NCBI RefSeq assembly: GCF_004010195.1
Contig: NC_057719.1
Location: 44,396,444 to 44,460,443, forward strand
Source of the DNA: Chiloscyllium plagiosum
Taxonomy: Eukaryota
DNA: 64,000 nt
Direction: 5' to 3'
Part shown: positions 1 through 12,065 of the stretch, piece by piece
Numbering within the stretch: position 1 is the first letter of the stretch
Layout: the number at the start of each line of letters is the position of its first letter
Translations under genes and position numbers: made by a program
The notes under the pieces: model-generated
What the model saw: only the letters and a program-made list of their open reading frames with translations
What the model was told of the DNA's origin: nothing
Databases searched by the model: none

Positions 1-431
1 CCTCAATTTGTAGTTATGCCCCCTCATACAAGTTGACATCATCATCCTAGGAAAACGTCTTTCACTGTCTACCCTAGCTAATCCTCTGATCATCTTGTAT
101 GTCTCTATCAAATCCCACCTTAGCCTTCTTCTTTCCAATGAGAACAGACCCAAGTCTCTCAGCCTTTCCTCATAAGACTTTCCCTCCAGACCAGGCAACA
201 TCCTGGTAAATCTCCTCTGCACCTTTTCCAATGCATCCACATCCTTCCTGTAATGGGGCGACCAGAACTGTACACAATATTCCAAGTGTGGCTGCACCAG
301 CGCTTTGTATAGTTGCAGCATGACATTGCGGCTCTGGAAACCAATCCCTCTACCAATGAAACCTAACACACCATATGCCTTCTTAACAGCACTGTCATCC
401 TGGGTGGCAACTTTCAGGGATCTATTTACAT

Positions 432-661
432 GGTGGTACGGTGGCTCAGTGGTTAACACAGCTACCTCATAGCACGAAGGATCCTGGTTCGATTCCAGCC
501 TAGGCTGATTGTCTGTGTGGAGTTTGCTCTGGTTTCCTCCCACAATCCAAAAAGGGTAGGTGCATTAGTCAGGGGTAATTATAGGATAGAGGAATGGGTC
601 TGGGTGGGTTACTCTTCACAGGGCTGAAGGGCCTGGTTCCATACAGTAGGGAATCTAATCT
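432..661 (+). mobile_element. HE1-like V-SINE, internally deleted
   Basis: tRNA-like head (TGGCTCAGTGG...GGTTCGATTCC), partial V-domain, CR1-derived tail ending AATCTAATCT. Confidence 0.8.
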
Positions 662-666
662 TTATA

Positions 667-961
667 GGTGGCACAGTGGTTAGCACGGCGGCCTCACAGC
701 ACCAGAGACCCGGGTTCAATTCCCGCCTCAGGCGACTGTCTGTGTGGAGTTTGCACATTCTCCCAGTGTCTGCGTGGGTTTCCTCCGGGTGCTCCAGTTT
801 CCTCCCACAGTCCAAAAATGTGCAGGTTAGGTGAATTAGACAAGCTAAATTGCTCGTAGTGTTAGGTGTAGGGGAATGGGTCTGGGTGGGTTGCGCTTCA
901 GTGGGTCGGTGTGGACCTTTTGGGCCAAAGGGCCTATTTTCACGCCGTAAGTAATCTAATC
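667..961 (+). mobile_element. HE1-like V-SINE
   Basis: A box TGGCACAGTGG, B box GGTTCAATTCC, V-domain TGTGTGGAGTTTGCACATTCTCCC...GGTTTCCTCC, TAATC tail. Confidence 0.9.
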
Positions 962-1158
962 CCTCTGCACATCTACACCACCAAGAATCTTTCCATTGAC
1001 CCAATACTCTGCCTTCCTGTTATTCTTCCCAAAGTGAATCACCTCACATTTAGCTGCATTGAACTCCATTTTCCACCTCTCAGCCCAATTCTGCAGTTTA
1101 TCCAAGTCCCCCTGCAACCTGTAACATTCTTCCACACTGTCCATTACTCCACCGATTT

Positions 1159-1480
1159 TAGATTAGATTAGATTAGATTCCCCACAGTGTGGAAACAGGC
1201 CCTTCGGCCCAACAAGTCCACAACAAGTCCACACCAACCCTCCAAAGAGCGACCCACCCAGACCCATTCCCCTACATTTACCCCTGCCTAATGTACCTAA
1301 CACTATGGGCAATATAGCATGGCCAATTCACCTAACCTGCACATCTTTGTGATTGTGGGAGGAAACCGGAGCACCCAGAGGAAACCCACGCAGACACGGG
1401 GAGACTGTGCAAACTCCACACAGACAGTTGCCCGAGGCAGGAATTGAACCTGGTGCTGTGAGGCAACAGTGCTAACCACT
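1159..1480 (-). mobile_element. HE1-like V-SINE
   Basis: (TAGAT)n tail, V-domain and tRNA head in reverse complement. Confidence 0.9.
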
Positions 1481-2384
1481 GGTGTCATTTGCAAATTTAC
1501 TAATCCATCCACCTATGCCTGCGTCTAATTCATTTATAAAAATGACAAACAGCAGTAGTCCCAAAACAGATCCTTGTGGCACTCCACTAGTAACCGTACT
1601 CCAGGCTGAATATTTTCCATCAACCGCCGCTCACTGCCTTCTTTCAGAAAGCCAGTTTCTAATCCAAACTGTTAAATCACCCTCAATCCCATGCCTCTGC
1701 ATTTTCTCCAACAGCCTACCATGTTGAACCTTATCAAAGGTTTTACTGAAGTAGATGTACACCATGTCAACTGACCTACCCTCATCGACATGCTTCGTCA
1801 CCTTCTCAAAAAACTCAATGAGGTTTGTGGGACATGACCTACACTTGACAAAACCATGTTGACTATCTGAAATCAAATTGCCGCTTGCTAGATGATAATA
1901 AATCCTATCTCTTATAATCCTTTCCAAAACCTTTCTGACAACAGAAGAAAGACTCACTGGTCTATAATTACCTGAGTTATCTCTACTGCCCTTCTTGAAC
2001 AAGGGCACAACATTTGCAATCTTCCAGTCCTCTGGTACTAAACCTGTAGACAATGACGACTCAAATATCAAAGCCAAAGGCTCTGCTATCTCCTTCCTAG
2101 CTTCCCAGAGAATCCCCTGACAAATCCCATCCAGCCCAGGGGACTTGTCTACTTTCACTCCTTCTAGAATTGATAACACCTCTTTGTAACTAACCTCGAT
2201 CCTTTCTAGTCTAATATCTCATTCTTCTCCTCTACAATATTCTCCTTTTCCTGAGTGAAAACCGATGAGAAATGTTCGTTTAGCACCTCTCCAATCTCCA
2301 CAGAGTCCATATTCAACTTCCCACTTCTGTCTTTGATTGGCCCTATTCCTACCCTAGTCATCCTTTTATTCCTCACATACCGAG

Positions 2385-3310
2385 AAGTCATTAATAAATA
2401 ATGTGAATGATTCAGGCCCTAACACAGATCCTTGAGGGACACCACTGGTCATATTCTGCCAATTTGAGTACATACACATTATCTCCACTTACTACTTCCT
2501 GCCACTCAACAAATTTCCCAGTCATACTTGTAATTTAACAGTAATTCTGTGGGCATCTCGCTTAGTTAAAAGTCTCTTATCAAATGCTTTCTGGAAGTCC
2601 ATATAAACAAGATCTGCAGACCCCTGTCTGCTACTTCAAACACCTCTTCAAGTGATTCAAAGAGGTTTGTCAGATATGATCTACCTATCACGAATCCATG
2701 TTGGTTCTCCATGATTAACTGAACATTTTCAAGATGTTCAAGTACTCCATCTAGGATTATAGACTCCAACAGTTACTCCACCACAAATGTGTTGGTCTGG
2801 GGTGGACACTGTTAAAAATCACACAACCCCAGGTTATAGACCAACAGGTTAATTTGGAGGTATGAGATTTCATAGCTCCTTCATCAGGTGGTTGTAGATC
2901 ATAAGACAGAATTTATCGCAAAAGATTAGTGTCAAGCAACTGAAATGATATGTTGAACAAACCTGGATTGTTAAGTCTTTAATCTTGTAGAATGGGTGGC
3001 ATTAATATGTAAATGGGTTGTATTAATATATTCGTAAATATGTAAATCCCAAAACTTCTTTTAAGTCACTTCTTGAGATAACTTAAGGTTTTATAACAAG
3101 AAGTGACATCTCAGCTCAGGCAATGCATTAAAGGTGTGAGGTCAGAGTCTTGTCTGTATCTTTTTTTTTGAAAAAGGCTGTAACATTTGCAATTCTCCAG
3201 TCCTCTGAAGCCACTTGAGTGAATACTGTGAAATTATTGCCTATGTCTCTACAATTTCCACTCACTACTCTCAGTTTTCTCAGGTGCATATCATCCAGTC
3301 CTGGATGTCC
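2385..3310 (-). mobile_element. Older CR1 RT fragment, interrupted by a Penelope fragment
   Basis: ORF 2566-2769 (ENQHGFVIGRSYLTNLFES); homology resumes at ~3175 (AACATTTGCAATTCTCCAGTCCTCTG). Confidence 0.7.
2789..3160 (-). mobile_element. Penelope-like element 3' fragment with decayed hammerhead
   Basis: Colinear with 39190-39570 and with the 26515 element; retains CTGATGA on the minus strand (CCTTCATCAGGTG ~2878-2890). Confidence 0.75.
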
Positions 3311-3717
3311 AGGACCTGTGCAGAACTTTCTACTTCAGTGCAAAATATTAATCTAGTGCTTCAACTTACACCCCCACCTCAAATTGTAAATCCCTTTACT
3401 AGTCCATAACTGGCCCTAGTGCGACCACATTTTTGCCATTTATATACTTAACTAAAACATGGACATGCAAAATTTATTCAATTGTATGGAAATTGCCCAC
3501 TACAATATCTAAGGATAATGGCCTGATGCCTAGTGGCACTAAGTGAGATTATCAATGCTCACTGTTATTATGGACTTCAATCAAATAGCAATCGTGGAAA
3601 TGACTCAATATAGTAATGTATAGAAGGATGTACAGTTGTGGTATTTTGCTACTAAACATGGAAGAAAAAGATATCCACTCATTACTATATTGTGCAAGCA
3701 TTAATTGGACAACACTA

Positions 3718-3906
<189 letters not shown>

Positions 3907-4129
3907 TCAGGCAAAGATAAACAAAGCATAACCGAGGCCTGCTGGAAAAGCATTCATAGCAGAATCAAGCTAAAATCCTTCACTACCCAAAACCGAACAT
4001 ATCCCAAATTAATACTGTATTTCAGATGTGGGAGATCTGAAATAAAAACAAATAGATAAAGTTCCACCAACACTTCCAGTTTCCACTTCTTTGGGGGTGT
4101 CAATAATGGAGCCCCAATGAGGTGCTGCA

Positions 4130-4345
4130 CAGTATCTTGCAGATGCTACAAACTGCTGTTGTGTGTTGTTGAAGAGTGTAAAGGTAATGGTGTGTGCCAA
4201 TCAAGCAGGCTGCTTTGGCTTGGACACTGTCGAACTTCTTGAGTTGTTGGAGCAACATCTACTCAGACAAGTGGAGAGTATTCCATCACACTCCTGATGT
4301 GTGCCTTGTAGATGAAGCATGAGTGTGGAGGAAACAGGAGTCATA
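4130..4345 (-). mobile_element. Fragment of an old CR1/L2-group LINE family
   Basis: TGTGCCAATCAAGCAGGCTGCTTTG...AACTTCTTGAGTTGTTGGAGC is the reverse complement of the family seen at 26760 and 33240. Confidence 0.6.
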
Positions 4346-4362
4346 TCTCATATTTTTCAGTA

Positions 4363-4616
4363 ATTAGATTACTTACAGTATGGAAACAGGCCCTTCAGCC
4401 CACCCAGACCCATTCGCCTAAGTTTACCCCTTCACCTAACACTATGGGCAATTTAGCATGGCCAAATCACCTAACTTGCACATTTTTGGACTGAGAGAGG
4501 AAACCCACGCAGACATGGGGAGAATGTGCAAACTTCACACAGACAGTTACTCGAGATGGGAATTGAACCCGGGTCTCTGGTGCTGCAGTGCTAACCACTG
4601 TGCCACAGTGCCGCCA
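4363..4616 (-). mobile_element. HE1-like V-SINE
   Basis: Tail, V-domain and head (CACTGTGCCACAGTGCCGCC) in reverse complement, with internal deletions. Confidence 0.88.
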
Positions 4617-5842
4617 ACAGTTATATTGTCAGTGTGCAGCTTCATTACTTCTGCAAAGCTGACAGTAATGTTTGAAGCCTGACTTGGAAAAATTGAATTT
4701 TAGGTGCTGCAGTTAATGATTCATACTTCTCCATTGGGTGTCCAGCTAAAACCCTTACAAACTGCAGTAAAATAGAAATCACTGAACGGAGGAGAACTTA
4801 TGCTTTTATACTATTAACTCTCAATGGAAAGTTACACAACGAAGCTGCTTTTCAAATGGACACTAAGTTCATGAGCACTGCTGAACATCCTTACTGGACT
4901 CAAAAAAACTCAAGATTTAAAAATCTACATTAAATAAAATGAAGTTTGTGAAAACATTGCTTCTATCTTCAGCCCAGGAAATACCCTGATCATTTATTTT
5001 ATCTTTTGTAAAATTTAATTAGAAAGGTAAGAACCAATCAGGACATTTTACTATTTGGTTTGCTGCTGAACCTATTTGGTTTTGAAGTCATTGGTGAAGT
5101 ACCCTGCTTGGTTGTCAGAAACTTGGAGCACCCCCTGTCATTGCACCAGATTCAAACCAACATTGAACAGAAGGAAAGATATAGATCATAGAATAAAAGG
5201 AACAGTAGCAATATGGAAACAACATTGTTGAGGGATAGGAATTATGATTGGATATTTTTTGGACTGAAGGACTCTGAAATACAGTGTCTAGAAGTGTGTC
5301 AGACCCTGTTTAATTGAAGCATTCGTGGAGTGGCGGCGGGGGTGGGGGGGTTCAGATGACTATTTAAATAGAAGCAATGTTCTGAGGCACAGGGAAAAGG
5401 CAGGACACTGGCATTAGGTTGTGTAAATAAGAAGGATCAATTATAAAACCGAGACAGAGAAAGATTGCTAGAATATTTGGGGCCAATTTCTTAAAAGTCG
5501 GAAGAGAATGTAATAGCCTCAATGTTGGACATGAATTGAGGCCATAAAACCCAAATAATTATTTTTGAAGATAGATTTTCTAATACAAAATCCAGACCTA
5601 ATTATATCTACAGTGAGTACAGCCTCAGTAGCTCACAAGTCCCAGTTAGGAAATTAAAATCTAAAAGGATTTAGTTTTCCTTGGAGAAAACCTTCACTAA
5701 AACTGAATTCTGGGTAGATTAGTCAGAAATTTCACAAAGTAATTGTTATCCAGCTGGTGCCAAGCAGTATAGACTTGATAGGCTGAAGGGCCTCTGTACT
5801 ATATGATTCTCTGATACATATCATGTGAGATTTATGAAAGGT

Positions 5843-5967
5843 GAAAGTGAGTATTACAGGTGCTGGAGATCAGAGTCGAGAATGTGGTGCTGGAAAAGCA
5901 AAGCAGGTCAGGCAGCATCCGAGAAGCAGGAGAGTCGACGTTTCGGGCAAAAGCCCTTCATCAGGAA
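5843..5967 (-). mobile_element. Penelope-derived mini-element with minimal hammerhead ribozyme core
   Basis: Minus strand: CTGATGA-A-GGGC-TTTT-GCCC-GAAA-CGTC (core ~5937-5964), followed by the family 3' sequence shared with 23685, 24271 and 57650. Confidence 0.8.
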
Positions 5968-6430
5968 GAATGTATGTAAGCAATGGATGCTGACACTTTG
6001 TTAATGCACACATCTCAGACAAAGTTTGTTGAATGTCTCAGCAATATTTTTCGTACAGTGACCTAAAAGGAACAGGAATTCTGAGTAATAAAGACATTTA
6101 AACCGAAATAAAAATATTGACAAAAGTCCATGCTTTGTGCTATTTTTACTGACTCTCTACTTTGATCCAGTGCAGTAAATTCTTGAAGTGCACCATGTAA
6201 ATTTTGAGTTTCTTTTGTTTATTATCTCCTGACCAGAAATAGAGTAGCTTTTGCAGTTCCCTTACAGTTTACAATAACAAAACAAAATTCCGTATTTACT
6301 TCTTAGATATTAAATGCATTAAAGGTAATTGAGTAAACATCTGAAGTAATACATGAAGTAATAAAAAAATCTATACTAAAGTGAGTTTAATCACAGGCAA
6401 ATCAAATAGTAATTCAGACCATAAGACTTA

Positions 6431-6529
<99 letters not shown>

Positions 6530-9285
6530 CTAAAATCAAACATAAAAATCAGCTTTGTTAGATTTTATATACTGCAAAGCAAATATTTCTATTTTTAAAA
6601 CAAACATCAGAAGTTTCTTTCAAGTATTTTAAATAAAGTTCATTTTTGTACTATAAAGCCAAAATATATATTTTTAAAATTCTTTAGTCTTCAGAAATTG
6701 TATTATTGATTTAAGGTGAAAGTTAAGCCTATTTCGTTTCTGCAAACATACTTAAAGAACCATTAAATATCTATGAGGCTCCTTCACCCATTTAATTGTA
6801 TATAGGTTCAATGGTGCGCAAGGACAAATGAGAACTATGAGGTTACTCATAGATTACAGGAAGAATCAGAATGATCCTTGCAATTTTTCCCCAATTTCAG
6901 GCTCACAAAGCTACCAGCTGAAGATATGGCAATTAGCCATGTCAATGGAAATAGAACTGATTTATATGATGAATCCAATAGCTGAAGAAAAAGAAAACAA
7001 ATAATAGGTTGCCTGAACACTGCTGTGCAGACCATTTTAATCAATTAGACTCCCTCAGGAAGGGAGGATTTTATACTGGACATTCACTCCAATATTCAAT
7101 CTTTGTTTATTTCTCTAACAACTATGTGAATTAACAGACTAAATGAGTCTGTTGCTGATGAGTAGGATTTTCTAATCATTATTGTCACTGCTAACAAAAA
7201 GTCACAGTTTTTTTTTGCAAATTACATCCTCCACATTGCCACTTTCCTGGTTGTTGAAATCAAATAGCTTCTCAAAGTGTTGCCCACATATCCATTTACT
7301 CTCAAGATTTTATGTTCATTCTGAGTAACAGGATGAGAACACTAGTAGCAGATGACAAGGAACCAGTTTCAACCAATAAGGTAGAATCTTCCAGGCATTC
7401 ATTTGATGTGGGCTACAGCAAGATGTGTAACAGACCTGGGCGACAAATGTTGTGCGGCTGGGAAGCTTTGTGCACACTAGTCATTGTTCCAATGTACTGC
7501 TTCCACTTCCAAGAAACCCTAGAACGCAAGAGCTTACAAGTCCACAAAGCAGCAAGAAAAACTGCAGGGAACATTCGTGGCTCGGATCATCTCAGCATCA
7601 AGATCATCTTGCTCCATCCCTGATCCTTTCCACAAGTGGGTTGGTGAGATATCAACAGACAGGGAATAATGCTTGTGAAATGTCTCACTAATAGCACAAC
7701 TTGCCTCATTAATATTCACCCTCCCATTTTATCAAATTCGCCATACAATCTAGAATGGGAAAACTCACCAAGGAAACCAGAGCAGGATATTCTGGAATTG
7801 ACCAGCATCCCTAGTGATGGCACCATCTTTGAAAGGTCCTTGTGTACTTGGACAAGCATGATTCAGTTCCTGAGTCATCCCAAAATGTAGTGTTACATCT
7901 GCCAGAGTACTCTCCACCTTTAGTGGAAATGAGTGGGACAAACCACCAGTGGACTGCTCCACTGTCAGAACTTGAATGCTAAATTTAGTCATTTTAGCAC
8001 CTCTGAGCAAATTCAATTATGGTGATCAGCAATTAAGTCCAAACATTGTACACAAAATCCAGACTTTCAATCAGGAAGATCTAATAAGCACAATGTGTAC
8101 TCAGCATCTAATTTCATCTCGTCACTAAAATAACCCCATAAAATTCAGCAGAGAAAGAACTCAAGCCTTGAACCTCCTGTTCAGTGAGACTCCTGCACCC
8201 TAGTTAACATTCAGCTCCTACCTTCACTTGTCCCAAAATTCATTGTTCCCCTCATTCCCAAATTTTATAATATGTACAGCTGAAAGAAACATCTCAGTGA
8301 GCAGATATGGTAACTGATTGGAGTACTAAAAAAGATTTGATATTATGCATTAGTATTTTATTTGCGTGTAAAATTGGTGTTTTACCATGAGCTGAATGAT
8401 GTCAACTTAAAAGCATAATCAATATATTACCCAATGGTTTTAGTATGACAGTTGAAAGGATGTAAGTATCGAGAATAAAACTGTTAGATGGTACACAAAT
8501 CAAGATGAGCAGTTATTGTGATCATAATATTTGTGTAAAAAAAAAATCATTCAAGTGCTGGAAAAATATCAAAGGCAGCTATCAGGCAATACCTACAGCC
8601 AGAGATTTATACTGCAGCTCATAATATTTTGTACCATAAATACTAATAAAAGCGCATTAAAAATATCAATTAAAGTAAAAATAATCATGGTCAGAATACA
8701 TTGTAATTGCTCAGTCATGTTAAAGTGATGACAGTCTAATCAATGGATTGATTCAAAGCCTTATATTCATGGAAGATTTCATCTTCAATTGGACAGTGCT
8801 GATTATAACCCTGCAATCAGTTAGAATATGAAAATAGCACAGGTAGAAAGAAAACCTTAATTTTTATTCTTTACACACTCTGCTTTTCTAATTTTTTACA
8901 ACTTAAATTAGAAAGAGGTGAAAGTGTTCGAATGCCTCCAAATTTATTCCACTGCAATTGACTATTAGGAAATGCACTACAATAGACAGGATTCGTAGCT
9001 TTCAATTTTCTCTTTTTCCCTATTTGAGACAGCTATATAGCACAACAATGAACAATAGTACATAAGATTTTGGTAGGAACATGCCAGGCATGCATATTGA
9101 ACTCAGTGGTCCTAGTAATTCCCTACTGTTAAAATTAAGAGATGGAATTCCTGATTTGTTCCCAACATATACCTGGAGAAAAATATTAATTGTCTATGCT
9201 AAATAATATTCAAACTTTGCATCAAGGCTCATAATCCATTTCTGTATTATGGGATTAATTTGGTTTTGCTCAAGATACAAACTAT

Positions 9286-9492
9286 GTCCAAAGATGTGCA
9301 GGTTAAGCGGATTGCTAAATTGCCAACAGTGTCAAGGGATGTCCTGTTGAGGTGGATTAGCCATGGAAAATGCAGGGTTTCAGGAATTTGGTAGGGGGTT
9401 GGGTCTGGGTGGGATGCTGTTTGGAGGGTCAGTATGGATTTTGACAGGCTGAATGGCCTGCTTCAACACTGAAGGAATTCTATGATTCTATG
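9286..9492 (+). mobile_element. V-SINE 3' half (older subfamily)
   Basis: GTCCAAAGATGTGCAGGTT...GGGTCTGGGTGGGATGC...ATTCTATGATTCTATG CR1-type tail. Confidence 0.75.
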
Positions 9493-9829
9493 GTAAACCC
9501 AAGTGTAATTTAAATCAGAGCTTCTGGCCTTCAAACAGAGCAGTTTACATGTATACTGCATGATTTGCAAGCTCTCTCACTATTCCAATCATTCTACTCA
9601 GCTACTTTATATTTCTAAATCTTTGACATATTTCTGCATAGCTCACAATAACCTAGGACAAACCATGCATTTTGTCTTTAATGAGAAAAAAATGCAAATT
9701 CCATGTTAAAAAGCAATGATTAAACAGGCTGAAAATGATGCTGCATTAGAAAGTACAGATTGAGAAATACCTATCAAATTCTTTTTACCATTACAATTTT
9801 CTCAATTTATTTTTAATCCCTTGAGGCCA

Positions 9830-11010
9830 AAGAATGCTGAAGCAGAGGTAGGCTATTCAGCCCATTGAATCTGATCCAACGTTCATAAGGCTTTATGGCT
9901 GTTATGGATATCCTCAGCTCCATTTTGCTGTCTTATCCCCATACACTTGATTCTATTATTGCTTAAAAACCTGTCTGTCTATCTCAGCCTTAAACATAAT
10001 TAATGACACAGCATTGACAACCCTCTGCGGTAAAGAACTTTGTAGATTCACTACCCTCTAGGAGAAGAAACACCTCCTCACCTCTGCCTTAAATGGATGA
10101 CCACTACTCTAAGATTATTTTCTCTGATCCTTGACTCTTTCATGAGAGGAAACAACCTTTCCACATTTACCTTGTCAAGCTCGCTAAGAATTTTCTACAT
10201 TTTGAATAGATTAGATTACTTACAGTGTGGAAACAGGCCTGTCGGCCCAACAAGTCCACACCGACCCGCTGAAGTGCAACGCACCCCCACATTTACCCCT
10301 TCACCTAACACTATGGATCATTTAGCATGGCCAATTCACCTAACCTGCACATTTTTGGATTGTGGGAGGAAACCGGAGCACCTGGAGGAAACCCACACAG
10401 ACACTGGGAGAATGTGCAAACTCTACATAGAGAGTCGCCTGAGGCGGGAATTGAACCCAGGTCTCTAATGCTGTGAGGCAGCAGTGCTAACCACTGTGCC
10501 ATAGTGCTGCCCATAAGGGTTCCTCTCATTCTGCTAAACCTCAATGAATACAAATCCAATCCATCAGTATCCCATTAGAAAATCTCTCCTTCCCCAGAAT
10601 CAACCTAGCAATCCTTCTCTGGATTGCCTCCAATGCCAGTGCATCTTTCCTTAGATAAAGAAACCATTACGGTTCAGAGTATTTAGGTATGGTCTGATGA
10701 GTACCTTGCATAGTTTTAGGAAAACCTCCCCGTTTTCAAACTCCATTCCCATTGTAAGGCCAATAATCTATTTGGCTGCCCAATTATCTCATGAACTTGA
10801 TTGTGCTTTATGACTCATGCACAAGAACTCCTTCTAACCCTGCGCTGCAACGTATTTGCAGTATTCTACCATTTAAATGACATTCAGCTCTTCTGTTCTT
10901 CCTAGCCTCACTTTTTCCCCACATTATGTTCCATCTGTCAAGTTTTCCTCCACCCTCCTAAACTGTCTGCATCCCTCTGCAGACTCTGCGTTATCCTCAA
11001 TACTTTCCAC
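9830..11010 (-). mobile_element. Old CR1 LINE 3' fragment
   Basis: Typical CR1 3' region in reverse complement (GCTATTCAGCCCATTGA..., CCTTCTCTGGATTGCCTCCAATGCCAG); interrupted by the SINE at 10207-10512. Confidence 0.7.
10207..10512 (-). mobile_element. HE1-like V-SINE
   Basis: Full head, V-domain and TAATC tail in reverse complement. Confidence 0.9.
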
Positions 11011-11616
11011 CTAACCCTTCAGTGATTTTCACTACTGCCTCAACCTTTATTGGACTGCGGTAAACGTGAAGGAGATGATGTGTGCTGTTGAATTTCCCAA
11101 TCGTTCATGAAATAACAACTTCTTCATCTGCGAACTGAGGGGAACTCTGTCACTCATGACAATGCTGAGAATGCCATTGTAGCTCAAGTGTGATTTTAGG
11201 CATTTGAAAATCTTAGTGATAGCCACTGAATTCAAATCAGTCAGCTGTTGTAATAGTAGTCTCCTGCGACAAGATATGAAGTTCCTTCAAGGGTGAAGAG
11301 GTCTACTCCCCACGTCATCAGTGGTCTATCTGGGATGTGATGCATCATCAGCAGGTCTCCAGCTTGTTTGGCTTGATACTCATTATAAAGCACAGCTCTG
11401 GCTAATGACTGGTTATTCATGTTTGACCAGCCCAGCACATTTCTTGCCTTCTTTAGGCTTGATTCAATTTGTTGGCGATTTAGCTTCTCTGCTCTCAACT
11501 CCTTCAGGATGATTCTATTTCCTTTGTATGATATGCCATGCCAACTCACCTTTATATGCTTATTATGTTCTTATATCCTCAACACAGCACAGACGTGTCC
11601 TTGATGTTCTTTGGCC

Positions 11617-11710
11617 ATCTGAGGAAGGATTGCTCGACCTGAAATGTTAACTCTGCAAATGCTGCCAGACCTGCTGAGCTTTTCCAGCAATCTCTGCTTT
11701 TGTTTCTCAG
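11617..11710 (+). mobile_element. Penelope-derived mini-element, decayed hammerhead (second subfamily)
   Basis: CTGAGGA-AGGATTGCTCGACCT-GAAA followed by GCTGCCAGACCTGCTGAGCTTTTCCAGC, as at the 3' end of the Penelope at 21690-21787. Confidence 0.6.
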
Positions 11711-11757
11711 CTTTTCATGTTGCTTCACTACCCACCATGCTACTAACCTAAGCAGTA

Positions 11758-12065
11758 GAAGATTAGATTACATACAGTGTGGAAACAGGCCCTTCGGCCC
11801 AACAAGTCCACACCGCCCCGCCGAAGCGCAACCCACCCATACCCCTACATTTACCCCTTACCTAACACTACGGGCAATTTAGCATGGCCAATTCACCTGA
11901 CCTGCACATCTTTGGACTGTGGGAGGAAACCGGAGCACCCGGAGGAAACCCACGCAGACACGGGGAGAACGTGCAAACTCCACACAGTCAGTCGCCTGAG
12001 GCGGGAATTGAACCCGGGTCTCTGGCGCTGTGAGGCAGCAATGCTAACCACTGTGCCACCGTGCC
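11758..12065 (-). mobile_element. HE1-like V-SINE, young copy
   Basis: About 8 differences over ~305 nt from the copy at 18038-18353; CpGs retained. Confidence 0.93.

Larger units (their letters stand above)
1..2381 (-). mobile_element. CR1 LINE fragment (ORF2 RT) interrupted by three V-SINEs
   Basis: ORF fragments PEDWKIANVVPLFKKGSRDNSGNYRPVSL, QHGFVK, YFSKTFDKV, LQGDLDKLQNWAERWKMEFNAAKC; same subfamily as the plus-strand copy at 20570-23207. Confidence 0.92.

Noticed and set aside
7312-8016. Overlapping short ORFs near exon 2, considered as alternative TRIM9 exons
   Set aside because: No similarity to TRIM9 or any domain I recognise, and no convincing splice pair.
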